Of a stretch of DNA of 64,000 nt, positions 52,633 to 63,492 are shown one piece after another (positions within the stretch are counted from its first letter, which is position 1; every line of letters starts with the position of its first letter). Where the stretch lies: IMG/VR virus record IMGVR_UViG_3300009159_000033; one strand, written 5' to 3'. The notes under the pieces are model-generated. The model worked only from the letters and a program-made list of their open reading frames with translations. It did not search any database and was not told the origin of the DNA. A program made the translations under genes and the position numbers. This DNA is from a virus.

Positions 52633-55600
52633 ATGGCACGAAAGATAAAGATGGCGGGAGGAGGTGGGATTGCTCCAGCAATTAAAACTTCCTCTGCAGC
52701 AATTGAAATGGTTTATAAAAAACGATTACATGAAGTACAGAATGGCGGAGGCATCTTTCCTTTAGCAGCTCCCGGCTTGCCTATCTTGCCTGCTAACTCT
52801 GCGTTTCTTAGACATGTGTTAGGCTTAGGAGATATCGAGTCTAAGTTAGTTGAGGAAACGATAACCAATGCCGATGGAGAAAAAACTAAAGCAAAGCGAT
52901 TAGAGTACAGTAATGAACTGATGAATTTAATCCTGTGTTCTTTACGAGTTTCTCCTTTTACTTTAGATGTAGAAGTAGGCCCGCACCAGTTTAAAGAAGC
53001 AGAGTTTGTTCTCGGTCACTTGTTAGGCTCGGTCACGCCTAGCGGTCCAGTTCCTGCAGATGTGATGATCATTGGACGCAATCCTTGGGCGGAAGAAGTT
53101 AATCTAGGTAGATGCATGGCAGGAGCAGATGGAACTCTATTGATTAATACCTTTCGTAATTTAAAGGCATCTAATTTAAGTAAATTTTATGTAACAAATT
53201 TAGTTAAGTTTAAACCGCCAGATTACAAAACCACATTAAAAGCGGTTTGGATCAAAGACTGCATGCATCTGCTTTACCAAGAGATAAAGATTGTGCAACC
53301 TAAGTACATTCTTTGCTTGGGTGCGGATGTTAGTAAAGCTTTGCTTGGCGGTACTGCTGGCGTAGGTGAGATGGAAGGTAGAGTAGAAAAACTACGCTAC
53401 AATGTTGCGTTTACATCTAGAGATCAAGAGCAGCATTGGAAAGAAGCACAGGTTATGACAGTGGTACATCCTAGGCAAGTACTTCGAGATCAATCTGCGG
53501 GCAGACAACTAGAAAACGGAATATCTCGTTTCATTGCTTTAACCAAGGGAGTAACGATTGGAGCTTCAGAAGTAATAGATCATAAGGTGGTGGATAACCA
53601 TTGGGATCTGCTGCAGCAACTTATTAGCATTGAGAAAGACGAGAACAAGAGAGACAGCATTATTGCAGTAGATGCAGAATGGCATGGAAAACATCCTATC
53701 AACAAGAATGCTTACATGCGAACTATGCAAATCTCGTGGTATGAGAAGAAAGCACTTGGTATCAAGTTTCATGAGGCTGGGGGTGAGATGACTCCCGGTT
53801 TTGCTACTAGTAGAGCAAGACAGTTACCCGACAAAACTCTAAAGCTTTTAAACATGTTCTTTCTTGGCGGTGTCTTTAAATACAAAGATGCTGAAGAGGT
53901 CAAAGAAATTAAGTTTAGGCGTAAACGAGTTATCGGGCATTTCTTCAATGCAGATTTAGAATGGTTGTTAGATTACGGAATCAACATCCAAGCTTGTTTC
54001 TCATGCCAGTTGTTTGATTATGAAATGAAGCCAGAAAATGCGGATAAGAGATTGTTTAAACTTTACAAGAAAGAAGGGTTTACTGAAGAAGCAATCGTAC
54101 CCGCATGGTATCGCACTAATTTTGAAGGTGGGGCAGACACAGGGTTGATGGCACATGCTATTGAAGAAACCGCTAGTTATAAGTTAGAAACTTTGGCGAT
54201 GCGGTATACTTCGGCTCCAAGGTATGACCGAGAACTGCAACATTGGAAGACAGCTTACTGCAAATCTCAAGGTATCACTAATGCAGATCTAGAAGGTTAT
54301 GGAGAGTGCCCTGACGATATTTTGCTGCCTTATGGTATGTACGATGCTGATGTTACTTTGCGGTTGTTCTACAAGTTGTCAGTGTTACTTGATGAAGATT
54401 ACGAAGGTAATAACTGTCGAGAAGCATTTTGGGAATCTCAGATTGCAACCCCTGCGGTGTTAGAGATACACCGGACTGGAATTACTGTAGACAAGGATCG
54501 TATTGATTTTCTAACTAAACGATTCATGCATGCAAAGAATACACTTGAAGTAAAGCTACGCACAGAAATCAAATGGCCCGAGTTTAATATTAGGTCTACG
54601 CAACATGTGCGAGAATTTCTTTATGGTCATGCTCTTAATGGTAAGAAAGACAGTAAAACTGGAGATGTAATAAGGTTAAGGCCAGCGGGTGCAGTTAGCT
54701 TAAACTTAGAGCCATTGTTTGACACAGGTAAACCGCCTAAGCCTTGGTCTGAAGTTAAAAAGTTAGGTAGGTCGGCGGAGCACGCTCCATCTACTAACAA
54801 AATGATTTTATCATTGTTGGCTCAAGCAACTTCTAATGAAGGTAAAGCAAAGTTAATAAATCAACTGCGTGATTACCGATTCTTAGATCAAGTCTTGAAA
54901 ACAGTTTTGCATCCTCCTACTTGTGACGAGGCTACCGAAGAATCAATGTACGATGACGATGGTAACTTAGAGTACAACGATGGACTTGCTTCTTTGTGCT
55001 GCGATGATGGCAAAGTGCGTACTCATGTCTATCAAACCAAGGAGACTGGAAGGTGGTCTAGTGCTCGCCCTAACTTACAAAACATTAGTAAGCAGCGAGA
55101 CCCAGACTACAAACGGCTACTTGGGGAGGAAGATTACAAATACACTTTGCGTAGTGTGCTAAAAGCTTCGCCTGGCCATGTGATGGTAGAGGCAGATTAT
55201 GTTGGTGCAGAGTTATTCGGAATGGCAGTTATGTCTGGTGACGAAAATATGATTAAACATGCGTTGCGAAATCAACTGCCTGAGAATCATCCAGATTATT
55301 ATGACATACACAGCCAAGTGGCTTGCTTTGCATTTAAGTTAGATTGCCCACCTACTAAAAGTGGTTTAGCTGCTATAGGTAAAAAGCACATTAGGATCGT
55401 AGCCAAGTCTGTAATTTTCGGCATTGCATATGGTCGAGGCCCTAAAGCAATTGCGATAGCAGCAAAAGAGCAAGGTATTGAAATTGAAGTAGATGAAGCA
55501 CAGGCGGTCATCGATGCAATTTTCCAAATGTATCCAAGGTTAAATCCATTCTTTAAAGAATGCAAAGATCGAGCAACTGGAAGTTACATAGATCCAAAGA

Positions 55601-56106
55601 CCGGCGAGACAGTAGCTGGGCGTTACTTGTGTAATTGCTATGGTAGGTTTCGTAGGTTTCCCGAAGCTCACTCTGACAGAGGTCTAGAAGGTGAGTTTGA
55701 AAGGCAAGCTATGAACTACCCAATTCAATCTATGATTGCTTCAGCGGTTAGCCGTGCTTTGGCTTATATCCACGATTACAAGGAAAAGCAGTTAAAGCAG
55801 GGTAAAGACTTGTTTAAAGTATTGCTCCAAATCCACGATGCAGTGCTGCTTGAGGTTCCTTACGAACATGTAAAACATGTTTGCGAATATGTTTTGCCTA
55901 CTTTCATGCGAGACGCAGTTCCAATCTATCCTTCTAGCTTAGATGGGTTACCAACTGGAACCGGCCCATATTACTTAGGGATTGAAATGGAAGTGGTAAA
56001 GCATTGGGGTGAACTTTTAACAGCAGCAGAAGCTCGAGAACTTGGATTGCCGGTTGGAGTCGGTGGAGTTGAAAGCTGTGTTGTCAATTACAGTAAACCT
56101 GATTAA
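52633..56106 (+). CDS. polA: family A DNA polymerase with N-terminal uracil-DNA-glycosylase-like and 3'-5' exonuclease domains
   Basis: UDG-like DVMIIGRNPW...YVTNLVK...QPKYILCLG; Exo VDAEW, YDADVT; motif A EADYVGAEL, B AKSVIFGIAYG, C QIHDA. Confidence 0.95.
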   Translation: MARKIKMAGGGGIAPAIKTSSAAIEMVYKKRLHEVQNGGGIFPLAAPGLPILPANSAFLRHVLGLGDIESKLVEETITNADGEKTKAKRLEYSNELMNLILCSLRVSPFTLDVEVGPHQFKEAEFVLGHLLGSVTPSGPVPADVMIIGRNPWAEEVNLGRCMAGADGTLLINTFRNLKASNLSKFYVTNLVKFKPPDYKTTLKAVWIKDCMHLLYQEIKIVQPKYILCLGADVSKALLGGTAGVGEMEGRVEKLRYNVAFTSRDQEQHWKEAQVMTVVHPRQVLRDQSAGRQLENGISRFIALTKGVTIGASEVIDHKVVDNHWDLLQQLISIEKDENKRDSIIAVDAEWHGKHPINKNAYMRTMQISWYEKKALGIKFHEAGGEMTPGFATSRARQLPDKTLKLLNMFFLGGVFKYKDAEEVKEIKFRRKRVIGHFFNADLEWLLDYGINIQACFSCQLFDYEMKPENADKRLFKLYKKEGFTEEAIVPAWYRTNFEGGADTGLMAHAIEETASYKLETLAMRYTSAPRYDRELQHWKTAYCKSQGITNADLEGYGECPDDILLPYGMYDADVTLRLFYKLSVLLDEDYEGNNCREAFWESQIATPAVLEIHRTGITVDKDRIDFLTKRFMHAKNTLEVKLRTEIKWPEFNIRSTQHVREFLYGHALNGKKDSKTGDVIRLRPAGAVSLNLEPLFDTGKPPKPWSEVKKLGRSAEHAPSTNKMILSLLAQATSNEGKAKLINQLRDYRFLDQVLKTVLHPPTCDEATEESMYDDDGNLEYNDGLASLCCDDGKVRTHVYQTKETGRWSSARPNLQNISKQRDPDYKRLLGEEDYKYTLRSVLKASPGHVMVEADYVGAELFGMAVMSGDENMIKHALRNQLPENHPDYYDIHSQVACFAFKLDCPPTKSGLAAIGKKHIRIVAKSVIFGIAYGRGPKAIAIAAKEQGIEIEVDEAQAVIDAIFQMYPRLNPFFKECKDRATGSYIDPKTGETVAGRYLCNCYGRFRRFPEAHSDRGLEGEFERQAMNYPIQSMIASAVSRALAYIHDYKEKQLKQGKDLFKVLLQIHDAVLLEVPYEHVKHVCEYVLPTFMRDAVPIYPSSLDGLPTGTGPYYLGIEMEVVKHWGELLTAAEARELGLPVGVGGVESCVVNYSKPD

Positions 56107-56122
56107 ATAAAGGAGTACTGTA

Positions 56123-56806
56123 ATGTTTGTAGTAATTGAAGGTATTGATGGATCGGGCAAAGGATCTGTAACCAAGGTATTGCAGTCAAGCCTGCAGGAA
56201 GCAGGTTTGACTGTTGCAACGATTAGTTTTCCTAGGTACACAGATACTCTTTATGGAAAGTTAGTTGGTCGGTATCTGAATGGTGATTTTGGAAAAAACA
56301 CACATCCTTACCTACACAGCACTTTATTTTCCATTGACCGCTACGAGTCCAAATCATACCTAGAATCGTTAATTAAAAATAACGATGTGGTTATTGCAGA
56401 TCGTTACATACCTTCAGCATTGTGTTATTCCGCAATGAAGACGGAGGAAGGAGAACGAGATGAATTAATCAAGCATTTTGTTAAATTGGAATATGGCTTA
56501 TGGCAGATGCCAGTTCCAGACATAATGTTTTTTTTGGATGTTCCCACATCTTTTGCAATAAAAAACATTGCACAAAAAAATGTCCGTGGGTACACTGCTA
56601 AACCGAAAGATCTTCACGAAGAAGATGAAGTGTATCTAGAGAAAGTTAGATCTTTCTACACATCGGATTTAATGGATTATCATCCGAAGACTAAGTTTGA
56701 AGTAGTTGACTGTATGGGTGTTTCTCAACTTTTGTCAATTGCGGTAATTGGCAATGAGATACACACCCGTGTTGTTTCACTTTTGAAAGGTTTTAATCAT
56801 GCGTAA
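56123..56806 (+). CDS. tmk: thymidylate kinase
   Basis: IEGIDGSGKGS, SFPRY, IADRY, PDIMFFLDV. Confidence 0.9.
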   Translation: MFVVIEGIDGSGKGSVTKVLQSSLQEAGLTVATISFPRYTDTLYGKLVGRYLNGDFGKNTHPYLHSTLFSIDRYESKSYLESLIKNNDVVIADRYIPSALCYSAMKTEEGERDELIKHFVKLEYGLWQMPVPDIMFFLDVPTSFAIKNIAQKNVRGYTAKPKDLHEEDEVYLEKVRSFYTSDLMDYHPKTKFEVVDCMGVSQLLSIAVIGNEIHTRVVSLLKGFNHA

Positions 56807-58643
56807 GCAAAGATCGTTAGTTCCTCGCACCTTAGCTTCCTTAAATAGGCAGATGGATCCTGCCAAGGAAGACACAACTCGTAGGGGAGTCCCGATGGGT
56901 AATGTGTGCATCAACCCAAGTCTCTCTAGTGTAAGACTTGAGAATTTGCGCTGCTACACTGGTGGCAAAACAGTATTGCGAGTATGGCCTATGTTGGATC
57001 CAGAAGATCCAAGTAACAAGCTGCTCAATGGTAGGCTATCTGCCATTGATATGGCTGGGCTTGGTGGCATGTCGGTTTCGGAACCTGCGTACACAATCCA
57101 GTATGCGGGCATTAAAAGGGACACTCCACACTTCGGTGGCAATGGGGAGTTTCAGCAATGCAGTTATATTATTGCACGCAACAAAAGCTCTGTTTACGAA
57201 GGTGTAACCTTCTGGAACGAGCCTTATGTAAAGCTTTATATGACAGTTAAAAAGGCATTTGAAGGTAAAGACTTCGGATATGGTGGTGTTTATGACGCAA
57301 AATGGAATGGCTTGATGAGTGCAAAAATGCCCGCTCTTGGGGCTTTCACTCAGAAGTATTTCGTCATTGCTTCTGTGTACGAAAATGGGGATTCGCTTGA
57401 TTTGCTGCGTGAGCATATCTCATACAAACAGCAAGGCAAGGATGTGTCGAAAGACATACCACGCAATGGTATCCCACTAGGTGAAGGTGAGAACGATCCT
57501 TTAGTTGTTATCCCTATGTCTGTATCTGCTGGCAGAAATCTGCTTAAGCTTTGTTGCATTGAAAAGCAAGAGTGGGTAGGGGATGAACAAGCAAACCCTA
57601 GTCTTCCCTTTAAATACGGCGATCCTACTGGTATCTTTGATGCCAAAACAGGAACTGTTAAAGGTGGATTGTTCTTTACAATCTACAACCCAACCAAGGA
57701 AGTAGTTGACAAGCACAGTACATTTGCAGGTGGTGCAACCAGCAAGATGGCTGTGGAATACGAAGCAGCTGTTAGCACTAAATATTCAGGTCCAACGGGA
57801 GTTTTGACTCCAGACTTGAGTAGTGCCCAAGTTGATCACATTCTTAGTAAGAATGTGTTCTTGTGGAAAGAAAATGCAGGTGACCCTGCTGATTCTTACC
57901 TACTGCATGAGCCAACGATTGAAGAAAGGTGCGTGTTGATTGCGAAAGCATTTCGACAAGTACCAAAACTTCTCGAGTTTGGTTGGATGAGCCACCCAGA
58001 GTATCTAAACTTTGATGCGGTGGCTGGCATTCTAAACAACCGTGTGGTGACCTCGGGGGTTGCTAATATGGTCGAGGAGGATAGTGAGGAAGATTTGCCG
58101 GTTTATCCAAAGGTTAATCCTTTGGCAAAACCAAAGGTGGTTGCAGCTAAGGCGGGCGTTACCAACAGCCCTAACCTTGCTAAACCATCCAGTGGCAAAA
58201 AATCCGCTGCAGAACTCGTAGATGAGTTTGACGAAGAACTCGACGAGGATAAGTTGGATGACGAGGAGTCTGATGATGAGTTTGCAACAGGATCTATCGG
58301 GAATGCGAAAGTCAGCAAAAGTAAGTCCAAAGACGAAGACTTCGGTGACGAAGAGTTCGACGAAGACGAGCTTGAAGAAGACGACGACAGCGAAGAAGCT
58401 GACCCCAAAGAAGACGACGAAGACAGCGAAGACGATGACGACTTCGTTGACGAAGACGAAGAAAACAGCAAGTCCAAAGACTTCGATGAAGACGAAGAAG
58501 CCAGCGAAACGCTAAACGACCAGCTGAACAACAGCTTGGCCAAAGCAAAAGGGCTGGCTCGAAGCCGTAAACGAATTGCGCCTATTCCAGCAAAAGAAGT
58601 GGCACCCGCTCCTTCTCCTGTTAAGAAAAAGCGTCCTCGTTAA
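56799..58643 (+). CDS. putative ssDNA-binding protein (gp32-like) with a long acidic tail
   Basis: GKTVLRVWP resembles the gp32 N-terminal strand; Asp/Glu-rich C-terminus; lies directly before the RecA-like gene. Confidence 0.45.
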   Translation: MRKQRSLVPRTLASLNRQMDPAKEDTTRRGVPMGNVCINPSLSSVRLENLRCYTGGKTVLRVWPMLDPEDPSNKLLNGRLSAIDMAGLGGMSVSEPAYTIQYAGIKRDTPHFGGNGEFQQCSYIIARNKSSVYEGVTFWNEPYVKLYMTVKKAFEGKDFGYGGVYDAKWNGLMSAKMPALGAFTQKYFVIASVYENGDSLDLLREHISYKQQGKDVSKDIPRNGIPLGEGENDPLVVIPMSVSAGRNLLKLCCIEKQEWVGDEQANPSLPFKYGDPTGIFDAKTGTVKGGLFFTIYNPTKEVVDKHSTFAGGATSKMAVEYEAAVSTKYSGPTGVLTPDLSSAQVDHILSKNVFLWKENAGDPADSYLLHEPTIEERCVLIAKAFRQVPKLLEFGWMSHPEYLNFDAVAGILNNRVVTSGVANMVEEDSEEDLPVYPKVNPLAKPKVVAAKAGVTNSPNLAKPSSGKKSAAELVDEFDEELDEDKLDDEESDDEFATGSIGNAKVSKSKSKDEDFGDEEFDEDELEEDDDSEEADPKEDDEDSEDDDDFVDEDEENSKSKDFDEDEEASETLNDQLNNSLAKAKGLARSRKRIAPIPAKEVAPAPSPVKKKRPR

Positions 58644-58663
58644 TTGGCACTACTGTTAATTTC

Positions 58664-58700
58664 AATAAGAGTGGGGTTATCAGCCTCACTCTTATTTTCT
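58664..58700 (+). terminator. intrinsic terminator
   Basis: aataagagtgggg...ctcactcttatt followed by tttct. Confidence 0.65.
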
Positions 58701-58725
58701 ATGTAATTTTATCTGAGGAGTGGTT

Positions 58726-60159
58726 ATGTCAGATGAGACAGATGACTTGCTAGACTCGGTTTTAAATCCGCCAATTCAACCTGCAAAGAAATCAAAAGTT
58801 AAACTTAAAGAAGCTAAAATTGATGTGCCTACTCCGAGCAACAAAGACACTGAACCGAAGAAAAAGATTATAGGTTTGTCCGGTGGGGTTAAGCTTACTA
58901 ACAAAGGTAAAGACACTTTACGAGCACGCTGGTCTAGAGAGAAGAGCGGGGAAAGCCGTAATGAGATGATGAATACTTTATTCTCAACCGCTCGAGATAA
59001 ATTTGGAGCAGATCGAGTGTTTGGTTCACGAGAAGAGTTAGGACAATTGGCAATTGGTATCCCAACTCCTTCCTTGGCATTTGAATACTTGATTGCCAAT
59101 GATGTGTTCCCGCTGTCAAGCGTGATGATGCTTGCGGGTAGCTGGGGTAGTTGTAAGTCTGCGTTGGCTTATGAGTTCTTTCGTTGGTTCTACGAGCAGC
59201 GAGGGTTAGCGGTACATATCGATACCGAAGATAAATTTGATGCAGATTTTGCATGCGACATCATGCGTGTGGAACGAGATGCTATTCCAATCTTATCTAA
59301 CCGAGCAAACTCTGTAGAACAGATGCAGCAGATCCTTACGCATTATTTAAGGGAAGTGCAGCAGATGCTGGTAGGTACTGCTACTGAGCCTGGCCCAGGC
59401 AAAACCATACCATGTTGTTTTTGCATTGACTCTCTTGCTGGTGCAACTTCTGAAGAGATTCAAGAGAAAATTATCAAGGAAGGTAATGCAGGGCGAACTC
59501 ACCCAATCAATGCATTGAAGAATACTCACTACTTAACTGGCATCAAAAAGCAGTTTGAGAACTGGCCCTTCACTCTTTTGATTGTTAATCATCTTAAGGA
59601 AAAAACAGATGATCGAGGTAATGCTCACCAGTATACCTTGGGTGGCCAAAGCTTTAACTTCCATGAAAGCTTTGAGCTTCGAAATTCGGTGTGGAGATCT
59701 AAGTTTAAAAACGCACAGTTTGAAGGGTTAGGCATTAAAATCCATTGTGCTAAGAACTCATTTGGTCCCACAGGTCGTGCGCTTAAAACTAGGTTCCTAT
59801 GGTGGATCGAAGATGAACCCGAAACAGGTCACCCTCGTGATATGTTCCTATGGGACTGGAACTGGGCATTGTGTACCTTGCTGAATGAAATGGATGGAAT
59901 TCATAAAGTAAGGTTGACGGATCGAGAGCTAGTAATTAAATGTAAGTCTCCAGCTGCTGATGTTGAATGCTTAGCAAACTTTAGAGCAATTGGTATGGGT
60001 AAAGATGAATATCTGCCTTTTCAAGAAGTTGGGCAACTTATTCAAGATAATCCTAAAGTATGCGATGGCATCAGAGATGCCTTGAATATTAAACGCAGGT
60101 ATCAGCTAGACAGACCGTATGATGAGATTGTGGCTAAACACATAAAATCAGCGGAGTAA
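58726..60159 (+). CDS. recA: RecA/UvsX-like recombinase
   Basis: LAGSWGSCKS, IDTED, IDSLA, LIVNHL, KNSFGP. Confidence 0.8.
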   Translation: MSDETDDLLDSVLNPPIQPAKKSKVKLKEAKIDVPTPSNKDTEPKKKIIGLSGGVKLTNKGKDTLRARWSREKSGESRNEMMNTLFSTARDKFGADRVFGSREELGQLAIGIPTPSLAFEYLIANDVFPLSSVMMLAGSWGSCKSALAYEFFRWFYEQRGLAVHIDTEDKFDADFACDIMRVERDAIPILSNRANSVEQMQQILTHYLREVQQMLVGTATEPGPGKTIPCCFCIDSLAGATSEEIQEKIIKEGNAGRTHPINALKNTHYLTGIKKQFENWPFTLLIVNHLKEKTDDRGNAHQYTLGGQSFNFHESFELRNSVWRSKFKNAQFEGLGIKIHCAKNSFGPTGRALKTRFLWWIEDEPETGHPRDMFLWDWNWALCTLLNEMDGIHKVRLTDRELVIKCKSPAADVECLANFRAIGMGKDEYLPFQEVGQLIQDNPKVCDGIRDALNIKRRYQLDRPYDEIVAKHIKSAE

Positions 60160-60162
60160 CCC

Positions 60163-60717
60163 ATGGATAAGATAAACCCATTAAATCCACTGCTCAGCAA
60201 GATCGCTAAGTTTGAGCAAGTGGATACACATGGTAAACAATGGGAATCTAATCGAGTAGAATGGACTTTACGAAGATTAAAGTTAGAGAAGAAACGAAAA
60301 GAAATCTTAGATCTAGGACCTTACTATTCTTTTGAAGCCTATAATCAAGTAGTTAATTTCCCGATGTACTTATTTGCGGAACCATTATTAAATGTTCCTC
60401 CAATTCATCGAGACCCTAGAACTATTCATCCTTTTTGGTTTAAAGCTTTTCGTGGGCTTCCCTTTGTGGAACGCTACGAAGAACAACTGGAACCTTTGCT
60501 AGCAAAGTACCCAGATCGCCCTATTGGTATGGTGTTCCCACGGAAGGGTTTCCTACAAGGATTGTTGATTCATAATGGTGACTGGGAATTGTTCGCACCG
60601 CTGCAAGCCAGCTGCCATATTTTTAAAAGCGGTAAAAAGAGAGAGATGAATCTAATTGTACAGCCGTACAGTGGATTCATCGACCATGTACGAGATGTTC
60701 TCGCATGGAAAGAATAA
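60163..60717 (+). CDS. hypothetical protein
   Basis: 184 aa, RBS ggag. Confidence 0.6.
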   Translation: MDKINPLNPLLSKIAKFEQVDTHGKQWESNRVEWTLRRLKLEKKRKEILDLGPYYSFEAYNQVVNFPMYLFAEPLLNVPPIHRDPRTIHPFWFKAFRGLPFVERYEEQLEPLLAKYPDRPIGMVFPRKGFLQGLLIHNGDWELFAPLQASCHIFKSGKKREMNLIVQPYSGFIDHVRDVLAWKE

Positions 60718-60747
60718 GTTTAAAATCCAGATTTTAAGGAACGCACT

Positions 60748-61686
60748 ATGAGTAAGACAAAATCAGTGACACCAAACAAGTTAGTAAGGTTAGATGTAAA
60801 GAAACAGGAAGATAGAGAAGCCATCTTTTCGGAGATGGACCCAACAACGCAAGCAATTGCTTTAGAGGTGGGAAAGAAGCTCCAAGTAGGATTTCAAGTT
60901 GCACTGTTAGTACAGCATGATATTGGCACATCAGTCTTAAATCTGCTCAACCAAGAGCATTTAAATGAGGCACAGAAAAAGACTGAGATAAGAAAGCTGG
61001 CAGCGTATTGGAATTTACCAACGCTTACCCCAGCTACGATCTATGATCTTTCCAATGTTTCTGCTGCGTTCACCCGTGACTTTGTTAAAGCACAGGTTGA
61101 AGAAAAGATGTCTAATGGTGGCTATCTGACATGGAATCACTTCAAAGAATTGCAGAAGGTTGGTTCAGAAAAGCGACAGTTGGCATTGCTTAAGCAAGTG
61201 CGAAGAGAATGCTTATCCGCAAATGAGCTTGCACTTGAATTGCAGGGTAATAAGGAAGCTGAAGTAAAGCGGTCCGGTGGTCGCAAGCCTAAGTTACCAA
61301 GAACACCTGTAGCGATGCTCCAGAAGATCTACACTACCATCCAGCTAGCTGATAACTACTTGGAAGCAGTAGCTGAGCCTCTTGATGGCATGTTCATGGA
61401 AATGCCACCACAAGAAGTGTCTGAGCAGTTTGTGAGCAACATTAAGAACACGATGGAGCGTATTGGTAAGACTAAGAACCAATTAATCAGCACAATGGAA
61501 AAGCTTTCCAAAGTGCTTGAGCGTTCCCAGAGTGTGTTGATTAAGCAAGCTCAGCTTCCATTAAGTAAGAATGTAATGGCTTTAGCTGCTAAGAAATCAG
61601 TTGAAGAACTTGATGAGCTACCTGAGATAATTGAATTGCCCGAAGCTCCAGCGAAAAGGCAGTTAAGAGGCCGGTCACCCCGCTAA
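60748..61686 (+). CDS. DUF1016 N-terminal-like DNA-binding protein, putative
   Basis: LTWNHFKELQKV.SEKRQ..L...LSANEL resembles the LSWSHY...WS.REL pattern. Confidence 0.4.
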   Translation: MSKTKSVTPNKLVRLDVKKQEDREAIFSEMDPTTQAIALEVGKKLQVGFQVALLVQHDIGTSVLNLLNQEHLNEAQKKTEIRKLAAYWNLPTLTPATIYDLSNVSAAFTRDFVKAQVEEKMSNGGYLTWNHFKELQKVGSEKRQLALLKQVRRECLSANELALELQGNKEAEVKRSGGRKPKLPRTPVAMLQKIYTTIQLADNYLEAVAEPLDGMFMEMPPQEVSEQFVSNIKNTMERIGKTKNQLISTMEKLSKVLERSQSVLIKQAQLPLSKNVMALAAKKSVEELDELPEIIELPEAPAKRQLRGRSPR

Positions 61687-61700
61687 CAATAGCTAAAATA

Positions 61701-61738
61701 AAAAGGCTCACAGTATTAACACTGTGGGCCTTTTTTTT
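61701..61738. terminator. bidirectional intrinsic terminator
   Basis: aaaaggctcacagt-attaac-actgtgggcctttttttt. Confidence 0.8.
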
Positions 61739-61762
61739 AGCTATTATCTAAAGGAGTTATTT

Positions 61763-62581
61763 ATGTTTTCTGTGTGTGCACTTCTGTATGGAGATTACCC
61801 AAATCTGGCGAAAGATTTGTTAAGTTCTTTTAGATATACCGCACATATACAAGATATTCGTCTCGGTTTAAATGCAGTTAGTAGGGAAACTAAAGAATAT
61901 GTAGAAGGTTGGGCAACAAAACAAATGCGTAGTTGTCCCGTTTATATTTACGAAGAAGAACAAGGAAAAAACTTAGGTAAGTATCCTTTAATGCGACAGA
62001 TGTTTAAAGATAGACAGTTAGCACCTAAGACAATGTGGTTTGATGATGATAGTTTTTTAGACGCAACTTACACGGATTGGTGGGATAAAGCTTTAGCAAT
62101 GAGCCAGCATCATACTCAAATTGGATCTTTACATAAAATGCCGCAGCAAGGTCTTCAGTATGAAGTAATTGCTAAACAGCCTTGGTTTACTGGAAAACCA
62201 TTTAACAACCGTAGCCTATATTTATTTGCCACAGGTGGTTGGTGGGTTGCAGATACTGCATTTTTAGCTAAATGGGATTATCCTTTTGCAGACTTATACC
62301 ATAATGGTGGCGATTCTATTTTAGGAGAGTTGATAAGGCAGCAAGGTGGCAGCGTAGGTGAGTTTCATAAAGGAGTGCAATGCTGTTGCGATAGTTGTCT
62401 TAAAAATTACATAAAACTACATGCAGTAGTTAGGATCAATGTCGGGGGTAGAAATGGTAGACGGGGGATAGGTAAAACCTCTGAACAAACTCTTTGGAAA
62501 GATGGTAATGTTACCCCCTCGCTTGAACATCAAGCATTTAATTTAAAAATAACTAGATATGAAAAAGGAGGAGTTGAATGA
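61763..62581 (+). CDS. GT-A-like glycosyltransferase, paralog of the C-terminal domain of 2968..4929
   Basis: SVCALLYG, RLGLN, KYPLMR.MF, WFDDD, FATG.W, HNGGD all shared with the 2968 gene. Confidence 0.7.
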   Translation: MFSVCALLYGDYPNLAKDLLSSFRYTAHIQDIRLGLNAVSRETKEYVEGWATKQMRSCPVYIYEEEQGKNLGKYPLMRQMFKDRQLAPKTMWFDDDSFLDATYTDWWDKALAMSQHHTQIGSLHKMPQQGLQYEVIAKQPWFTGKPFNNRSLYLFATGGWWVADTAFLAKWDYPFADLYHNGGDSILGELIRQQGGSVGEFHKGVQCCCDSCLKNYIKLHAVVRINVGGRNGRRGIGKTSEQTLWKDGNVTPSLEHQAFNLKITRYEKGGVE

Positions 62582-63492
62582 CTATTGCAGAAGAACATCC
62601 TCCTTTACCGGAGATGTCAATTAAGCGGGTGCTGGCGACTCGAGATAGGCTAATAGGTACTTTGGCCTCTTTTATAAGCACTACATTAGTAGGCCCTAAT
62701 TTTGCTTCTTTTGTGTCACAGCTACATACTGCCTTACCGGACAACATTCTTAAAACTACGGTATATGCCAGCGTTAAAAGCTTAGTAGGTAGAGAGCTGA
62801 CTCGTCCGCTATTGGTAGCTACTTGTTGGCGGATGGCCGGTAATTTACCCGCACTAGCTTGCCAACGACCTGTTACGCAATGGTTACATCAAGCGTGTTT
62901 CGAGTGGATTCCGGCGCGCATATGTGATGTATGTACACATAAGCAATCTAAACAATTTGTAAATGCTTTTACTTTTCAAAGCCTAGCAGGAACTGTAGTG
63001 CCTAAAAAGTTAACGCAAACTTGGTCTTTCAAAAAAACACAGTATTTGGCAACTTACCGTAATGCGAAGGGATTAGGTTTTGGGTTTAATAGGTCCCGCA
63101 TAAACAGTAGAGGGGAACAGCGTAACCAAGGGTTGTACTCTGATTTGCAGCAATTTTATGGGTTACAGTGTTTTCTACTACTTGATCCAAAACGCTCACA
63201 GCAAGACCCTTTTGTAATAGAAATTGGACACAGTCATGCTACAATGACGCACAATCGTCAACTGATTGTGGCGAGAGATAGAAGTCAGACACCCTGCTTG
63301 AAAGGATTTCCAGAGACACACGAATGTTTTCGTTGCCCTTATGGTACTGATAATTGTGCGTTGGCAACGCATCTATTAACTTATAAAAAGGGTAAGTGTA
63401 AAAGGTGTAATCAGTTAAGTTTTTTTAACCCTGCAGAAATAGATCATATTGGGATATGTATCACATGTGCAGACATTGAAAGGAAGTCATGA
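62578..63492 (+). CDS. hypothetical protein with a C-terminal Cys cluster
   Basis: CFRCPYG..NC, CKRC, CITC. Confidence 0.6.
   Translation: MTIAEEHPPLPEMSIKRVLATRDRLIGTLASFISTTLVGPNFASFVSQLHTALPDNILKTTVYASVKSLVGRELTRPLLVATCWRMAGNLPALACQRPVTQWLHQACFEWIPARICDVCTHKQSKQFVNAFTFQSLAGTVVPKKLTQTWSFKKTQYLATYRNAKGLGFGFNRSRINSRGEQRNQGLYSDLQQFYGLQCFLLLDPKRSQQDPFVIEIGHSHATMTHNRQLIVARDRSQTPCLKGFPETHECFRCPYGTDNCALATHLLTYKKGKCKRCNQLSFFNPAEIDHIGICITCADIERKS

Noticed and set aside
58190-58520. GACGAA-rich low-complexity repeat and long antisense Ser-rich ORFs
   Set aside because: Explained by the acidic C-terminal tail of the SSB-like protein.
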